NCBI RefSeq assembly: GCF_009914755.1 | Contig: NC_060946.1 | Direction: 5' to 3' (one strand) | Source: the human T2T-CHM13v2.0 reference genome, Homo sapiens | Length of the DNA: 64,000 bases | In this document: positions 15,849 to 34,780 of the stretch, in pieces | How positions within the stretch are numbered: the stretch's first letter is position 1 | Layout of the letters: every line of letters begins with the position of its first letter | Program-made: the position numbers and the translations under genes | The notes under the pieces: generated by a model | The model's input: only the letters and a program-made list of their open reading frames with translations | What the model was told of the DNA's origin: nothing | Databases searched by the model: none

Positions 15849-18110
15849 ATGTAGAATAATATATTTGTGATCATGAGGTAAAAAGGACCTTTTGAATGAT
15901 ACATACAAAGGCATTAGACATAAAAAGAGATTGTGATACATTCAATTATATTAAAGTAGTACTTCAAAAGCAACTTCAAAAGTACTATAATAAAGTACTA
16001 CTTCAAAAGCAATTCTGCTCTTTCTCCCCCTTTTACTCTTTTTCATTTTCAAAGTCAAGTGAACGGTGTTGTGTATTGGCAATTCTGTCTGTTGAAAATA
16101 ACAAAATACACTTCTTAGAGTGAAAAAAAAAATCATCACAAACAAAATTAAATATCTACTGATATTTGCAATACATATAATTTACAAATGCCTATAACAG
16201 ATATAATTAATTAAGAAGACCAACTCGACAAAAAAATGGACAAAGGATATGAACAGGCTAGTTACAGATAAGGAAAAGCTGAAGGACAACACATATATAA
16301 AAGATATTCAAGCTTGTGAATAATCACAGAAATGCAAATTAAAATAACAAAAATATGCCATTTTTTCAATTATCAGACTGGAAAACTTATAAAATTTAAT
16401 AATATCAAGGATTTGCAAGGATTTTCAAGAACAACAGGTATGCTCATAAGCTATTGGTATTAGGGCAAATTAAAGTGACCATACCGAAAGGATTTTGGCA
16501 GTATACATCAAACTAAAAATGCATGTAACCCAGGTAACTATTCTAAACAAACTTGTATTTATGTAAAATGAGACAAATAAAATGATATTTTTGTTGTAAC
16601 ATTGTAAATAAAGTCTGCTGTTGACATACAATGTAATCTTATACAATTAAAAGGAATAAACTACAAGTGAATCCATCTTGAGATGGATAAACCTCAAGAC
16701 TATTGTTGAGTGAAAAGAAAAAATTGTAAAGTAAAATTTTCTTGGGTATGATTAAGTAAAAATGCACAAAATAATACTCTTTTTTCCTCTGGGTCCACAA
16801 ATACATTTGTTAGAAGTCCAGAACATTATTTTCAAAGATCTAGAATGATAACATAAAACTCATGAAGATGCTGCCACTCTGTCTCCAGTGGCACATGAGT
16901 GCACCCCACAACACCATTGCCCCGGCTGGCACGTGCAAGTATGCAAAACACCCCCATCCCACTCCTGCCAGCACTGCACCCCTGCCAACACATGCATACC
17001 TGCTGTGTGCTGCTGCTGCTGCTGGCACATATGTGTGAGTGGGGACCTTGCTACAATCACTACAATGAAGCACTTTGGCTGGCACACCCCATCAGAGTGT
17101 TGTTGCCAGTGGACTGGGAACACCTCAGTGCTTAACATTGAAGGGCCAGACAACAAATCTGTGGGTATGGTACCAGCCTTGCAAAGTTAGAGCATGCAGT
17201 TCAGGAGTGCTGAGCTGAGCCTTTGCCCCCTGAAATCTTCCAGAAATGAAGCCATTTGACTGAAACTACCTTGTGCCACAGTCAAATCCTCAAGGGCATT
17301 AAAGAATACAAAAAAGGAAAAAACTCTATCCAAAGGACAGTGATTCAAAACATTAAAGGAACCTTAGCCCACACAGATGTGAAAAAACCAGTGCAAGAAC
17401 TCTGGCAATATAAAAAGCCAGAATGTCTTCCTGTCTTCAAGCAATCATACTAACTCTCCAAAAATGGTTGTTAACCAGGATTAAACGACAGACATAGATT
17501 TCAGAATCTGGATAGAAACAAAGATCATTGAGATTCAGAAGAAAGTCAAAATCCAATCCAAATGATCTAAGGAATCCAATAAGATGACATAAGAGCTGAA
17601 AGATGAAATAGGCATTTTAAGAAAGAACCAAACTAAACTGATAGAGCTGAAAAATGCACCTCAAGAATTTCATAATACAATAACAAATACTAACAGCAGA
17701 AAGGACCAAGCTGAGGAAAGAATCTCAGATCTCAAAGACCACTTCTTTGAATCAACTCAGTCAGAAGAAAATAAAGAACAAAAAAGAATGAACAAAACCT
17801 CTGAGAAATCTGAGATTATGTAAAGAGACCAAACATATGACTCAAGGCATCACTCAAAGAAAGGGAGAAAGAACAAGCAAGTTGGAAAACATATTTGAGG
17901 ATACTGCCCACAAAAATTTCCCAAATCTTGCTAGAGAAGTCACCATTTAAATCCAGGAAATGCAGAGAATCCTGTGAGATACTATACAAGATGACCATCC
18001 CCAAGACAGAGAGTCATCAGATTCTCCAAGGTCAACATTAAATAAAAAAGTATGAAAGGCAGCTAAAGTGAAGGGGCAGGTCACATACAAAGGGAATCCC
18101 ATCAGGCTAA

Positions 18111-18458
<348 letters not shown>

Positions 18459-18483
18459 TTCAGCATTCTTAAAAAAAATACTT

Positions 18484-18780
18484 GGCCGGGTGTGGTGGCT
18501 CATGCCTGTAATCCCAGCACTTTGGGAAGCTGAGGGGTGCAGAACACAAGTTCAAGAGATCAAGACCATCCTGGCCAACATGGTGAAACCTCATCTCTAA
18601 TAAAAATAAAAAAGTTAGCTGGGCATGGTGCTGCGTGTCTGTAGTCCCAGCTACTCAGGAGGCTGAGGCAAGAGAATCACTTAACCCAGGAAGTGGAGGT
18701 TGCAGTGGGCCGAGATAGCACCACTGCACTCCAGCCTGGGGACAGAGAAAGACTCTGTCACAAAAAAAAAAAAAAAAAAA
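18484..18780 (+). mobile_element. AluSc-like
   Basis: caagagatcaagaccatcctggccaacatgg and an A-tail. Confidence 0.93.
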
Positions 18781-21700
18781 TTCAACCAAGAACTTAATAT
18801 CCAGCCAAACTAAACTTCATATGTGAAGGAGAAGTAAGATCCTTTTCAGACAAACAAATGCTAACGGAATCTGTTACCACCAGACATGCCTTACAAGAGG
18901 TCCTTAAGGGAGTGCTAAGCGTGGAAGTGAAAGACTGTTAATGGCCACCACAAAAATACATTTAAGTACATAGACCATTGACGTTGTAAAGTAACTACAC
19001 AATCAAGTCTGCATAATAACCAGCTAACAATATAATGGCAGGACCAAAGCTATAAATACCAATATTAACTGTGAATGTAAACAGCATAAATGCCCCACTT
19101 AAAACTCACAGAATGGCAAGTTGGATAAAGAAACAAAGCCCAACCGTATCTGTTGTCAAGAGACCCAGCTCATAAGCAATACCCATTGGCTTGAAGTAAA
19201 AGGTTGGAAAAAAATCTACCAAGCAAATGCAAAACAAAAAAGGGTAAGCATTGTTATTCTAATTCAGACAAAATAGACTTTAAACCAACAACAATCAAAA
19301 AGACAAAGAAGGGCACTACATAATGATAAAATGTTCAACAAGAAGACTTAACTGTCTGAAAGATAAATGTTCTCAAAACTGGAGCATTCACATTTGTAAA
19401 ACAAGTTCATAGAGACCTATAGAGAGACTTAGATAACCACAGAATAATAGTGGGGAACTTCAACATCTCACTGACAGTAGTAGACAGATCATAGAGACAG
19501 AAAATGAACAAAGATATTCAGGACTTGAAGTCAACACTTGGCTAAATGGACCTAACAGCCATCTACAGAACACTCCACTCAACAACAGAATATATCTTCC
19601 TCTCATCTGTACATGACATATATTGTAAAATTGATCACACTATCAGTCTAAAATTATTTTCAATAAATTAAAAGAAACCCCTGAAATCATGCCAACCACA
19701 CTCTTGGACAGCTCAGCGTAACAAAAATAGAAGTCAACACTAAGAAGAACTCTCAAAACCATACAATTACATGGAAATTAAACAACCTGTGCCTGAATGA
19801 CTTTTGGGTAAACAATGAAATTTAGGCAGAAACCAATAAATTCTTTGAAATTAATTAAAACAAAGATACAACTTTCTAGGCTCTCTAAGACACAGGCAAA
19901 GCAGTGTTAAGGGAAAAGTTTATCATGCTAAATGTCCATATTGAAAAGTTAGAAGGATCTTAAATTAACGACCTAAAGTCATACCTAAAGGAAATAGAAA
20001 AACAAGAGGAAACCAACCCAAAGCTAGCAGAAGAAAATAAATAACCAAAATCAGAGCAGAATGGAATGAAATTGAATCATGAAAAACCATACAAAAGATA
20101 AATGAACTAAAAGCTGGTTCTTAGAAAGAATAAATAAATTTGATAGGTCACTAGCTAGACAAATAAGAAAAAAAAGAGAGAAGATACAAAAACACAATCA
20201 GAAATTGTAAAGTGGACATTACCACCAACCACATAGAAATACAAAAAACTCTCAGAGACTATGATGAACATGTTTATGCAAACAAAGTAGAACACCTACA
20301 AGAAATGGGTAAATTTCTGGAAAAATACAACCTCCCAAGATTGAACTAGGAAGAAATTGAAATCCTGAACAAACCAAAAATGAGTTTTGAAACTGAATGA
20401 ATAATAAAAAGTCTCTGAGCCAAAAAAAAAATAAAAAAAGCAAGCCCAGGACCCAACAGATTCACAGACAAATTCTACCGGAAGTGTAAAGAAGAGCTGG
20501 TACCAATGCTTCTGAAATTATTCCAAAAAAAGGAGGAGGAAGGATCCCTCCCTAACTCATTTTATGAGCTCAGCATCATTCAGATATGAAAACCTGGCAG
20601 AGACACAACAAAAAAGAAAACTTCAGGATAGTCATCACTGATGATCATAGATGCAAATATCCTCAACAAAATACAAACCAACTGAATCCAGCAGCATATC
20701 AAAAAGCTAGTCCACTATGATCAAGTAAGCTTTATCCCTGGGATGCAAGTTTGGTTCAAGATATACAAACCAATAAATGTGATTCATCATAAAATAGAAC
20801 TAAAAATAAAAACATCCCTTCATGATATAAACCCTCAACTAATGAGTTACTGTAGGAGCATACCTCAAAATAATTGGAGCCATTTATGACAAACCCACAG
20901 CCAACTTCATACTGAATGGGAAAAAGCTGGAATATTCCCTTTGAGAACTGGAACAAGACAAGGATGCCCACTCTCACTACTCCTATTCAACATAGTGCTG
21001 GATGTCCTAGCCAGTGCAATTAGGCAAGAGAAAGAAACACAGACATCTAAATAGGAAGAATGGAAGTCAAACTATGCCTCTTCATAGGTGAAACACTTTT
21101 ATACCAAGAAAACCCCATAGTAGCCTCTCGAGAGCTCCCAGATCTGACAAATGACTTCAGCAAAGTTTCAGGATACAAAAATCAATGTACAAAAATCTGT
21201 AGCATTTCTATACACCAACAACATCCAAGCTGACAGCCAAATAAAGAATGCAATCCCATTCACAGTAGCCACAAAAAAACTACAAAATACCTTGGAATAC
21301 AGCTAAGCAGGGAGGTGAAAAATCTCTAAAATGAAAATTACAAACGAGTGCTCAAAGAATCAGAGACAACAGAAACAAAAGGAAAATATTCCATGATCAC
21401 AGATAGGAAGAAGCAATATTGTTAAAATGGCCATGCTGTCTAAGGCTATTTACAGAGTCAATGCTATTCCTATCATACCACCAATGACATTTTTCACAGG
21501 ATTAAAAAAAAGCATTCTAAAATTCATTTGGAGCCAAAAAAAAGAAAAAAAAAGCCCAAATTACCAAAGCAATCCTAAGCAAAAAGAACAAAGTTGACAG
21601 CGTCACACTACCTGACTTCAAACTGTACTACAATGCTACAGTAAGCAAAACAGCATGGTTATGCTCAGCAAAAGAAATAATCAGCAGAGTAAAAAGACAA

Positions 21701-22493
21701 CCTATAGAGTGGGAGAAAATCTTTACAAACTATGCATCCAGCAAAGTACTAATATCCAGAATCTATAAGGAACTCAAAAACAGACATAGACCAGTGGAAC
21801 AGATTACAGAACGCAGAAATAAAGCTGCACACCTATAGCCATCTACTCTTCAACAAACTTGACAAAAACAAGCAATGGGGAAGGGAATCCCTACTTGGAA
21901 ATTGTGCTGGGATAACTGGCTAGCCGTATGCAGAAAATTGAAACTGGACTCCATACGTTTCACCGTTTACAAAAATCAACTCAAGGTAGATTAAGGACTT
22001 AAATATAAAACCCAAAACTATAAAAACCCTGGAAGATAGCCTAAGAAATACCATTCTGCATACAGGCCATTCTGGACATATCCTAGGAAATTTCAATTCT
22101 GGAAAACACTTTATGACAAAGATGTCAAAAGCAATTGCAATGAAAACAAAAATTCACAAATGCGACCTAATTAAACTAAAGGGCTTCTGCACAGCAAAAG
22201 AAATAATCAACAAACAACCTATGGAATGGGAGAAAATATTTGCAAATCATGCATTCGACAAAAGTCTAATATCCAGAATACAAAAAGAACTTAGAAAAAT
22301 CAACAAGCAAAAATCTAACAACCCCATTAAATGGGCAAAGGACAGGACAAGACACTTCTCAAAAGAAGACGAACACGTAGTCCACAAGTACACGGAAAAA
22401 TATTCAACATCACTAATCATTAGAGAAATGCAAAACAAAAGTGCAATGGGATACAACCTCACAGGAGGCAGAATGGCTATTATTAAAAATTCA

Positions 22494-24905
<2,412 letters not shown>

Positions 24906-26075
24906 ATAAAAGACATGAGATCAACATAAATGCCCATCAATGGTGAACTGGATAAAGAAAATGTGGCACATATACACCATAGAATAATACACAAAGTGAA
25001 TTAACGCAGGAACAGGAAACCAAATATCCCATATTCTCACTTATAAGTGGGAGCTAAACACTGAGTACACATGGACAGAAAGAAGGGAACAATCATCACT
25101 AGGTGAATTTGAAGGTGGAGGGTGGAAGGAGGGGGAGAATAGAAAAACTACCTATTGGGTATTATACTTACAACCTGGGTGACAAAATAATCTGCTTATC
25201 AAACCATTGTGACATGCAATTTATCCATATAACAAGCCTGCTCATGTACCCCTTGAGCCAAAATAAAAATTGGAGAAGAAAAAAACTCCTAAGAATAGTC
25301 ACTTTGGGTAGAGTTATGGGCATTATGATTTGAAGGCATAGTTTAAGGTCATTCCTCCTTTATTTATAAAGTTCTAATTTTTAAAATAAAAGTGCATTTG
25401 AGTATTTTATCATAAACATTAATTTAAAAATTCACTGGATTTTGTAGTAACTATGTAATGGATGAACTTTGCTATGAGTGTCATTGGAATGGATAAGCAG
25501 AGACAAAAGTTGATGAATTAAGAAATGAAAAGGAGTTAGGATCTAGAGACAGTAGTTATAGACTTATTTTGAGGAATTCAAACATAAGACAAAAGGATGG
25601 TAGATAAAGATGGATGGGGCATTGGATATACGGCAAGAGTTTTTGTTTGCTTGCTTTCTTCAAAATGGGAGAGTTTAAATTTATACACTTATGTCTATAT
25701 AAAAGGTTTCTCAAATATATATATAAATACACATACATATATATGAAATGTGCAACTGTATTTACATATAGCTATGAGGAAGAGGCCATTAGATAGATTA
25801 AAACATACAGATATGTTATAATACAGACGAAAAGGAATAAATTGATCACGTGAATTTTCTTGATGATAAACATTTAAGGGCTATGAATGTTTGTTAAAAA
25901 AATTTCGTGCAATTTGGGACATGCTCTGCTTTTAATCAACTGCTTTCCAAGGATTTTAACACTGTGAAATGAATTTTAATAGAGCTTTTCTATGCAATAT
26001 TCTGAATATTTTAACAGTTTTAACCAAGCATCCTTAATTGAATATTTCCATAAGAAAAAATGAGATAGAAATTAC

Positions 26076-26203
26076 CCTAATAGAATTGCCCATTGCCAGG
26101 GAAATTTCATAATGAAGTGGGAAAAAACAGCAGCTGCACTTGCCTCCATAAGGCATGGACCTATAGCCATTCTGAAACAAACCACCTTCAAATGCCTCAA
26201 AGC
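26076..26203 (-). pseudogene. SLC9B1P: SLC9B1P exon (about parental exon 6), 128 bp
   Basis: tttcag|ALRHLKVVCFRMAIGPCLMEASAAAVFSHFIMKFPWQWAILLG|gtaatt. Confidence 0.95.
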
Positions 26204-26966
26204 CTGAAACAGAAAACAGTCACATTTGATACATTTACAGTGGTCAAAAAGAAAATTATTTTAACAAATGTTGGACTATAAAGTCTTTTTTCATAAGAAG
26301 CTTTCACTAAACAAAATCTCATTTCAACAGATTGTCCCACTGGACTTTGAACTCTATTATATTTTATATGTCATCATAGGTTGGATTATAAACAATTTCA
26401 TCTTTTATAAAATATTATTGTATTTTAATTATTAAAAGATCAATTTTACTGTGATTAAATAGCTAATGCTACCTTCCTGAACTTTCCTAATACATAGTAT
26501 AATAATAGTGTCCTATTACTGTTTTCCCATTAACTTTTTGATATGAACTGTTTGATTAACTTAGTAAGTATAAATACAATACTAACATGCCAAAGAAAAT
26601 AACTTAAAAACTGCATAATTCATTTTAAAAGGGAGAACTTTTCAATTTTCTCCTTGGTTCATACTTTCTACTGGAGAATATAATCTCATTGGCTATAATT
26701 ATTTATGCTCTTGAGCTATTTCTATTAAACCACATTTGTCACATTTATTTGAGTGGCTGTCATATTCATGAATAGTCGTCTTCTTATAGATGAGACTTAT
26801 GATCCCTAGAATGTAATATTTTAAGAAATGCTTTAAAAGATTAGATTTTACAATAATGCAAAGATAATCAGGAACATAATCCTGTAGAGAAAACGTCATA
26901 AAAAATTACTGAAATCCTTAATCACCCTAAAAAAAGAAAAAGAATTGTATAAGGTTTTTCTTATAA

Positions 26967-27186
<220 letters not shown>

Positions 27187-27317
27187 TTTTTTTCTTTATC
27201 TTAGGTTTGTTTACAGACTCCACTTGGAACAGGTAAATAAAATTTTTGCTTCTTTTTCTTTCTCACCATCCTCTAATATTTGAAATAACCTTACTCGATT
27301 TGTAATTGTAAATCTAC

Positions 27318-27460
27318 CTGTGGATCGAGTCCAAGCCCAGCTCGTATTAGAATAATGTTAAGGGCAATGCTTCTTAAGATTGAAGACCATGCGTTAGGAA
27401 CATGGACATTTTCATTGATGAATGGAACATTCCTAATTGTAAAACCAGCCAGTAACATCC
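27318..27460 (-). pseudogene. SLC9B1P: SLC9B1P exon (about parental exon 5), 143 bp
   Basis: tttaag|GG MLLAGFTIRNVPFINENVHVPNAWSSILRSIALNIILIRAGLGLDPQ|gtagat. Confidence 0.95.
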
Positions 27461-28053
27461 CTTAAAAGAAAGAAAATAAACATACATGACAGTTCATTTT
27501 TCTGAGAAAGAAAACAGAAATGTTTACTTTATTTTCTAATGCACTATGTCTCTCATTTTCATAAAGGGCAGGTTACAAGCAAGTAGAGAAGGCAGCATGA
27601 ATAAAGGAATGGTGATAAGAAACATTACACCAAAATGGGGTTCAACAAGTAATTTAGTGCTGCTGGAACATACAGGGCAAGGAAAGGAGGGAGGAGAATG
27701 AGCTTGGTGGGCCAGATCATAGAAAGGTCTCCCCCCACTTTGGCAAAGTAAGGCACCATGGGAAGGTTTTAGGCAGGAAGTAACATAATGAGTCTTGTGA
27801 TTTTTATATGAGAGTCTTGGTGAATTAATTAGGGATAAAACTGGAGACAGAGACCAAATTGAAGGCTCTGCCACAGTCCACGCAAAAGTTGAAAACAAAT
27901 AGCCTAAGCTAGAGCAAAAGAGAAAGTTTGGAGAGGAGGAAAATGATTCAATAAATACTTAGAATGTGCTGCAAGAAAACTGCGGATACAAAAGGGACAG
28001 CAGAGATAAGATGTAGAGATTATCTCTAATGACATTGCACTGAATATATATTT

Positions 28054-28335
<282 letters not shown>

Positions 28336-28351
28336 TAGATATATTTGAATA

Positions 28352-28912
28352 CAGTAAGTTCTCACTTAACATCGTTGATAGGTGATTGGAAATGGCAACT
28401 TTGAGTAAAATGGTATATAACAAAACCAATTTTAGCATAGGCTAAATGATATAAACAACAGTCAATTTCCTACAGCATATTTCTGGTCACAAAACATCAT
28501 CAAACTTCTAAATAAAGATCCAAAACACTTCTAGTATTAAACAATGAAATAAATGTGAGCTCTACATACATTTTACAAAGTTTTATAAAAACAAATAAGA
28601 TAATTCTTTACTTATTTTTTGGTGAATCCACGAGTGATGGTGGTTATAGCAGTGATGGTTAAAATCAAAGAATAAATGTTTACAAAGTGAAAATTGTAAG
28701 GAGCACCTCCTCCCACTATGCAGTTCAAAAACAAACACAAATATGGTAGGCTGGCTGAGAGTTTTCATATCACATTGTTTATTGTCTTGCATTTGTGTGG
28801 TTATCATATACTTAAAATTTTATTTTACAATAATTTATATTAATTCATTTATTCATTGTACAATCCACTAGTTCAGGGTCATTGTACAATCCACTAGAAT
28901 ACTAGTTCAGGG
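28352..28912. mobile_element. TcMar-Tigger DNA transposon fragment (MER6-like)
   Basis: TA followed by a cagtaagttctcacttaacatcgttgatagg terminus. Confidence 0.65.
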
Positions 28913-28929
28913 TCAAAGGTGACTGAAAC

Positions 28930-29885
<956 letters not shown>

Positions 29886-30163
29886 AGCAACAGGAATAAT
29901 ATACTAAGGATATTAAATTTCTATTTTTAAAATAAATTTTGGATAAAACTTGTGTGTGTATATATGTAGACAGAGAGAGAAATAAATGCCACTATAAAGG
30001 AGCTGTACACATACACACACACATACAGTAAATACACACATGAAGAAACTATATAAAACATACTATATTGAAATATTTCTGAATTATAACTAATTCAACA
30101 AGAAAATGTTCAAAATTTGCATATAGTCAATAATAAAGAAAAGAGAGCTAATTATATACTTAC

Positions 30164-30333
30164 CAAGAAGAGGTGGAAGTGGAGGCACTAAAGGTATTCT
30201 AATGAGTTGTAAAATTTTTCCCCCAATAATGGCACTATAAAAAATAATTAACAATCCAAATAAATTCCACCAGGGAGAGCTTCAGAGCCTAAGATTGCTA
30301 AGGTCATACACCATATCACAAACAGTGTAACTC
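30164..30333 (-). pseudogene. SLC9B1P: SLC9B1P exon (about parental exon 4), 170 bp, 1-bp deletion near 30265 giving TAA at 30248-30250
   Basis: Reads GVTLFVIWCMTLAILGSEALPGG, then shifts frame to LFGLLIIFYSAIIGGKILQLIRIPLVPPLPPLLG. A phase 1-1 exon whose length is not a multiple of 3. Confidence 0.94.
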
Positions 30334-30583
30334 CTGAAATACAAAAAAGTGTACAGCTATATATCTACATACACATAGATGTATACAAACAAAGGATCAA
30401 TTCTCTTTTATCATATATACTAACAGCCAGTTCTATAAAATGATACATGGTATAGATCAACATTGCTTACTAGTTTGGTGAAAGAGATATCTGCTTAACA
30501 TATACTCCAAATAACCTGTCAATTTCTGAAGTAGGCTTTAAACAAAGTGTTTTGACTTTAAAAATATTTAAAAACTATATGTG

Positions 30584-30890
<307 letters not shown>

Positions 30891-31601
30891 AAACCTATAT
30901 GTGAACTCTTGAAAATGCTAACTTATAATATATGATAGTTAAAAACATCATGGCAATATGATGAGATTTACTTCATTTTATATTTTAAAATAGCTTTTTT
31001 ATCAGGATGGAAAATAAGAGGATGATTGGCTGTGATAAGAATTCACAACCTTATTGAAGATCACAGTGTCAAGGTGCCAAATCTTTTAACAGGAACCTGC
31101 TAAATCTTTTTATTGAAAGGATAATTCAACTGATATTTGGCATAAATGTATTATAGGAGGTAATGGCTGGAAGAAATGAACCTAGATTTTGTGGGAATAA
31201 ATATAAAGTATCTTAGAATATGTGTAGGAGGTAGAGGGAGATTAAGATGAGTAGGTATAAGTTGCTAGACATCTTGTTTCTGGCAACTAGGTGCTACTCA
31301 CTGAGGAATCCATAGGTTTCTGTAAAGGACAGAAAATAACATGGTAAATTTCCATTTGCTAATTAAATGGCTACCTTTATTTGTTATGAATCATAATTGC
31401 TAATGATTTTAATATTCTTAAAACAGCTTACATTAATTTTTTAGCTATGACCCATTTCTGACTGTATAGAAATTGTCAGGGTAGAAAAGGAGGATTTTGA
31501 CTCACTCCAGGCAGAAAGTTAGAACAAAGTTTCTTTCCTCCTCCCCTCTGATTATTGTCATCCTGCAAAACTGGAAGCCTTGGAGGGCTAAACTCTTACT
31601 A

Positions 31602-31951
<350 letters not shown>

Positions 31952-33464
31952 TCATCCTACTGACAAATTGAGAAGACAAGGCAGTTTGTCTTAGCTGGTC
32001 TCTGTGTGGCAAAGTCTTTTTTGAGAATTCATATGTAAAACTGTCCTCATCCAACTTATGTTTAGGGCTCAAATTACATTACGTGCACAGGTTAGGGATC
32101 CCAAAGTTCTAAACCTACCATAAAAGTGTCCCTGCATAGAAGTATCCCTAGAACACTTAGTAGATGCTAATTCAAAAAGTCTCTAATAGACACTCCTGAT
32201 CCCAGACTGCATAAAATCTCAAAGGTAAAGCCAAGTGAATCTGAACTTAAAATAGGAAGAAATATCCCATGAGCAAAAGTTAACAGATACAACAAAGAAT
32301 GGGATTAGATGTCTAAAAACCTCAGCTAATAGAACCACTAGATAGACACTATAAAATATGTATTTTCAAAGGGACTAGAGACAATTTTTAAAAATTGGAG
32401 ACATGAGAAGAAGAAATTACTTGAAAGTATTGTAAAATAATTAAATAGAACATCTAGAAAAAACTTTAAAATCTACTCAACTGAAAAAAAACCCACTAAG
32501 TACCCAAATAGCAATGTAGACAAAGCTGAAGAGAGAACACAGCAAAGTAGTAGATATGAGGAAATTATTTAAGAGCATAGCACACACAAACAAAACGAGG
32601 TGGAAAATGAGAGATTTAGATTATGGAAAAGATCTAAAACACAACTAATGGTAGTTTCAGAAACATAATTGAAAGAATGAAGAAGATATAATATTTGAGA
32701 AGAAAACTGGCTTCCAATTTTACAGAATTGATTAGGGTTTTCATTGATTTGGACACAGGAAGTCAAATGAGTTCTAATCAGGATTAAGTAAAAATAGATA
32801 CTTAGATAAAATGTTGAGAAACTATAGACTACCAAAGGCAAAAATAAAATCTTAAATAATCTAGACAGAGAAAGAGAGATTAATCATAATTGAATAAACA
32901 ATAAAGCAGATTCTCAATTCTTATCAGCAACAATAGAAGATGGAAGATAATTAAATAAAGTCTTCAAAGTACAGAGATAAATAAAACATTCAATGCTGAA
33001 TTCTGTAGCCAGTTCACTGTCACCCGAACAAAAGACAAATGAAAGATATTGTCAAACAAACACATTTAAGAACATATGCCATTTTTTACCAGGGAAAAAT
33101 CTACTGAAAGATATGCTTTAGAAATATGACATAGAACCAAAAAAGATGGAACAATGTGCAAAGAAATTGGTAAAATGTAGGTTAGTCTAAACAAGTATTT
33201 GTTGTGTAACACATTACTAATGAAAATTGTTAATCAGAGGATATAAACATAAGGTTGGGAGGTGACATGAAAAGGTTGGCAATTTATTTCCACACCAAAA
33301 CTTCCCCCAGAAATTGCAGAAATACCAAAAACAATCATTTCAGGACCCTGAAAACTCATCAAAGGCAGTTATCAAATTTAAGAAGAATTTATTCTTGAAA
33401 AAAGCGTTAGGGTTTTGGGTAGGATTGGTAAAAGTCTGAGCCCTTCCTGACTGGGGTTCCTCCC

Positions 33465-33820
33465 TGATATGGTTTGGCTTTGTGTCCCCATCCAAATCTC
33501 ATCTTGAATTGCACTCCCATAATTCCTATGTGTTGTGGGAGGAGCCTGGTGGGAGATAATTGAATTATGGGGGTGGCTCCCCCCCCATACTGTTCTCGTG
33601 GTAGTGGATAAGTCTCACAAGATCTGATGGCTTTATCAGGGGTTTCCGCTTTTGCATCTTCCTCATTTTCTCTTGCCGCCACCATGTAAGAAGTGCCTTT
33701 CACCTCCCGCCATGATTCTGAGGTCTCCTCAGCCACCTGGAACTATAAGTCCAATTAAACCTCTTTTTCTTCCCAGTCTTGGGTATGTCTTTATCAGCAG
33801 AATGAAAACGGACTAATACA
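33465..33820 (+). mobile_element. THE1 (THE1C-like) solo LTR, TSD ctccc
   Basis: tgatatggtttggct...gactaataca, with ctccc at 33460-33464 and 33821-33825. Confidence 0.95.
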
Positions 33821-34093
33821 CTCCCATCTCTCTTCTCACCCCCAAGCTCAGTTGGGAAAAACTGTAGTTTTACAAGTTTGAAGCTGAATGTAAAACCCAG
33901 CAGCTTTCCTGTTAGGGCTGGGGACAGGGGTGGAATTGGTATGGAGTAGAGGGAAGAAATCAATGGTTTTGCCAGTTAAATATAGCAGAGTGGTTTGGGA
34001 ATGAACAGAGAGAATTGCAGATTTGCTAGTCTGAGGTTGCAGTTTCAATTGGGGAAGTGGAAGACAAGATAAAAATTTAAATGAGAGATCCTG

Positions 34094-34194
34094 AGGGTCA
34101 ATAGGTGCAGCAAACCACCATGGCACGTGTATACCTGTGTAACAAACCTGAATGTTCTGCACATGTATCCTGGAAGTCAAAGTAAAATTAAAAA
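34094..34194 (+). mobile_element. L1PA7/8-like 3' tip
   Basis: ataggtgcagcaaaccaccatggcacgtgtatacc...aaagtaaaa. Confidence 0.88.
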
Positions 34195-34304
34195 AGAAAG
34201 AAAGAAAGAAAGAGAAAGAAAGAAAGAGAGAAAGAAAAAAAGAAAGAGGAAGAAAGAAATAAAGAGAGAGAGAGAAAGAGAGAAAGAGAGAAAGAAGAAA
34301 GAAA

Positions 34305-34369
<65 letters not shown>

Positions 34370-34378
34370 AAAGAAAGA
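34195..34378. repeat. (GAAA)n microsatellite derived from the L1 tail
   Basis: Direct inspection. Confidence 0.97.
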
Positions 34379-34409
34379 CCCACATGCAAGGCTAGAGTTT
34401 TCCAGTTCC

Positions 34410-34780
34410 AAGTTCCAATTCTCTCACTGAGAAGAGTGGCTCACTGTGCCTAAACTGTTTATACAAACAATGTGGCTTACTCTGAAAAGCTGCTTTTCCT
34501 CTGGTAGTCTGGAATTCTGGTACATGTGAAGGAGAGTAACCTCCATAAAATCCTGAGTACTGAGTCTCTAATGAGACTCTGGTCCTGGTAGATGACATTG
34601 CACATGTGCTGTCAAAATTTCATGCTGGGAAAGAGAAACACATCCTTGTAACTCCACAGGAGATGATTCCAGGAAGCTTGTGCCTGGTATCCTCCAGACT
34701 TTACCACATACAACTTTTTCCCTTTGTTAATTTTGCTTTGTATCCATTCACTATAATAAATTAAAAACCTGAGTATTACT
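34410..34780 (+). mobile_element. MER21-family LTR fragment ending 20 nt after AATAAA (34755-34760), followed by A9
   Basis: ggaagcttgtgcctggtatcctccagacttt...ttttgctttgtatcc...aataaa resembles recalled MER21. Confidence 0.7.

Noticed and set aside
16840-17190. Overlapping Cys/His/Gln-rich ORFs resembling a small metal-binding protein
   Set aside because: They fall in the repetitive, CpG-decayed 5'UTR of an old L1.
33465-33820. THE1 LTR as a DUX4-driven promoter for the ACTR3B retrocopy
   Set aside because: The site reads TAATTGAATTA rather than TAATTGAATCA, an AATAAA/polyA site at about 34755 lies between them, and there is no evidence of use.
33848-34453. Long F/L/S-rich and K/E/R-rich ORFs
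   Set aside because: Translations of the (GAAA)n microsatellite.
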